Shown here one piece after another: positions 62,335 to 64,000 of a stretch of DNA of 64,000 nucleotides. The stretch's first letter is position 1; every line of letters starts with the position of its first letter. Both the position numbers and the translations under genes were made by a program. The stretch is from Anthoceros angustus (taxonomy: Eukaryota; Plantae; Anthocerotophyta): positions 121,656 to 185,655 of the forward strand of contig MU008222.1 in NCBI GenBank assembly GCA_010909165.1. The letters are read 5' to 3'. The notes beneath the pieces were generated by a model, which saw nothing but the letters and a program-made list of their open reading frames with translations, had not been told where the DNA came from and ran no database searches.

Positions 62335-63430
62335 AGTAACGAGCCTTGCATGAGAAGCATGCAACCCTGGATCTAGTTAGTAAGTTGTAAGTAGTGGTGG
62401 TAAGACTTAGCTTAGGGCTTAAGGAAGAAAGTCCTTTAGCATTACTTTGGAAATGATGTAAGCCTCCTATATAAGGAGATGAGGCTAGCCCTAGAGATAT
62501 CTTGTGATCCTAGCATGGGAGCTACACTCTTGAGGATAGGACTTTGGAGCCTAAAGGCCTTGGGAGCCTAGAGTGTGAGCATGTCTAGAAGGATCCTAGC
62601 ACTTGGGAGCTACACTCTTGTGAGGATAGGACTTTGGTGCCTAGAGGCCTTGGGAGCCTAGAGTGTGAGCGTGCTAGAGGAGGCTGAGGAGGAGATCGGG
62701 AGAGAGCTAAGCTCCTAGCTTAGGCAAAGATGGGGAGCTCTCGATCTCATGTATTCTTGTTGACTCTTCTTTGGAATAAATAGCGGGCGGATGTCTTGTG
62801 CGAGTCGTCCGTGGAAGGACGGCGGGCTACTTGGAGGCCTAGTCTTTGGTGTCTTGATGTTTTGTCGCTAATGCGTGACGCCCCACCTCGAAAAGGGGTG
62901 TTACTTGTGTATCGAGCTCAAGGTTGAAGCATCTTTTAGCTAGGACGCTAGGTGGAGATGGCCGATCTGAAGAGCCAGGCGAGGCAGAGAGAATACGGCG
63001 AAGAAAGAGAAGGCTCCTATGGTGGAGACCACGTGGATGAGCCTCGGATGGAGCCACTAATTCACAGCAGCGGGATACCTCGGGCCAAGACCGTCACCAT
63101 GCCGCAAGAGGAGCTTCAAAATCTTTTGAGGAGAATGGAAGCTCTAGAGCAACAAGTACAAGGAAAAGAAGCTCGATGAAGCGAAGGATGATGAGCAGGA
63201 ATTGGAGCTGGCCCGAGAAAGGAGTAGAGCAAGGAGACCCAAGAAGTTGAGGCTAAGCGTTGCCCAGATAGGTATAAGGGTGAAGCGAGATGTGGAGAAA
63301 ATCAATTCGTGGTTTTCTCATTGGAAGGATACTTTCATCGAGGATTCCGGGAAGAGTATCTAGATCACATCGTTAACTTCTTAGAAGTGCGCTCTTACTT
63401 GGTGGAGAACTTATGTTCGAGTATTGAACA
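62335..63430 (+). mobile_element. Gypsy-type LTR (62335-~62905), degenerate iMet PBS and truncated gag
   Basis: gtaac...gttac inverted termini, TATA tatataa ~62468, ~86-bp internal duplication, tgtgtatcgagc (PBS-like), gag-like LQNLLRRMEALEQQ..YKG.RDVEKINSWF. Confidence 0.7.
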
Positions 63431-64000
63431 GGTAATAGAGTGGAAACTATTTTTGAATTTTATGTGTCACGAACACTGCTAAATGTCATAGCAGTCATTT
63501 TCCAGTTATCACCATCCTTTTGTAAACTTCAGTAACAGTAAATTCTGTAACAGCATCATTTCCACGAACTACAGCAGTTAATGTAATTCGGTTCCATGAT
63601 ATGCAAGATTATCTACTATTTCAACTGCAACATCATGCACATCTGCTTTTTATACCAGATGTTACCCGATTTGATAATATCCAGTTCTTCCTTTTTTTCC
63701 ATGTTCCGCTCATGTGCACAAACTTCGATTTGTCATGAAATAGAGACTCAGTTTGTCAACATTTTGTCATCCATTGCCATTTATCTTTTGAAATTTGGAT
63801 TACTTTCTGTTCTTCATTGCTACTATTGGTTGAGCCTATATTGCTTTGTGGTGAACATGAAACGAGAGAAGTAATTAATATTGAAATTATAATATCTTAC
63901 ATAAAAGTATATATCACTAATATAATTCATATATTTACTTGAAATCTTTGTATCTTATTTTTAAATTATATAAATTACGTATATCATATTATTAAACATA

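Overview
Eukaryotic nuclear DNA from a land plant with very compact, short-intron genes. It looks like a non-seed plant, possibly hornwort-like (low-confidence inference). About 80% of the window is nested transposable elements around a 13-kb island of six host genes (36.3-49.0 kb) in strictly alternating orientation: a METTL6/Trm140-like tRNA m3C methyltransferase, two YjbQ/UPF0047 paralogues, MPO1/DUF962, FIP2 and BASS3. Left: a Sola/DUF7869-like DNA transposon marked by a recurring 22-bp GC palindrome is split by a Copia element. That Copia's 3' LTR is in turn split by a Gypsy element whose integrase is followed by a PHD finger and an AT-hook. Next come a coiled-coil retrotransposon accessory ORF with palindromic 21-bp repeats and a Copia RT fragment. 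Right: a CRE-type non-LTR element is split by a gag-protease-only Copia with non-canonical TA...TA LTRs, whose 5' LTR is split by a recent full-length Copia; then a Gypsy LTR with truncated gag. The sequence is indel-noisy and has at least 10 microhomology-bounded tandem duplications, so many frameshifts and duplications may be long-read assembly artefacts. Most TE coordinates left of 36 kb are approximate.
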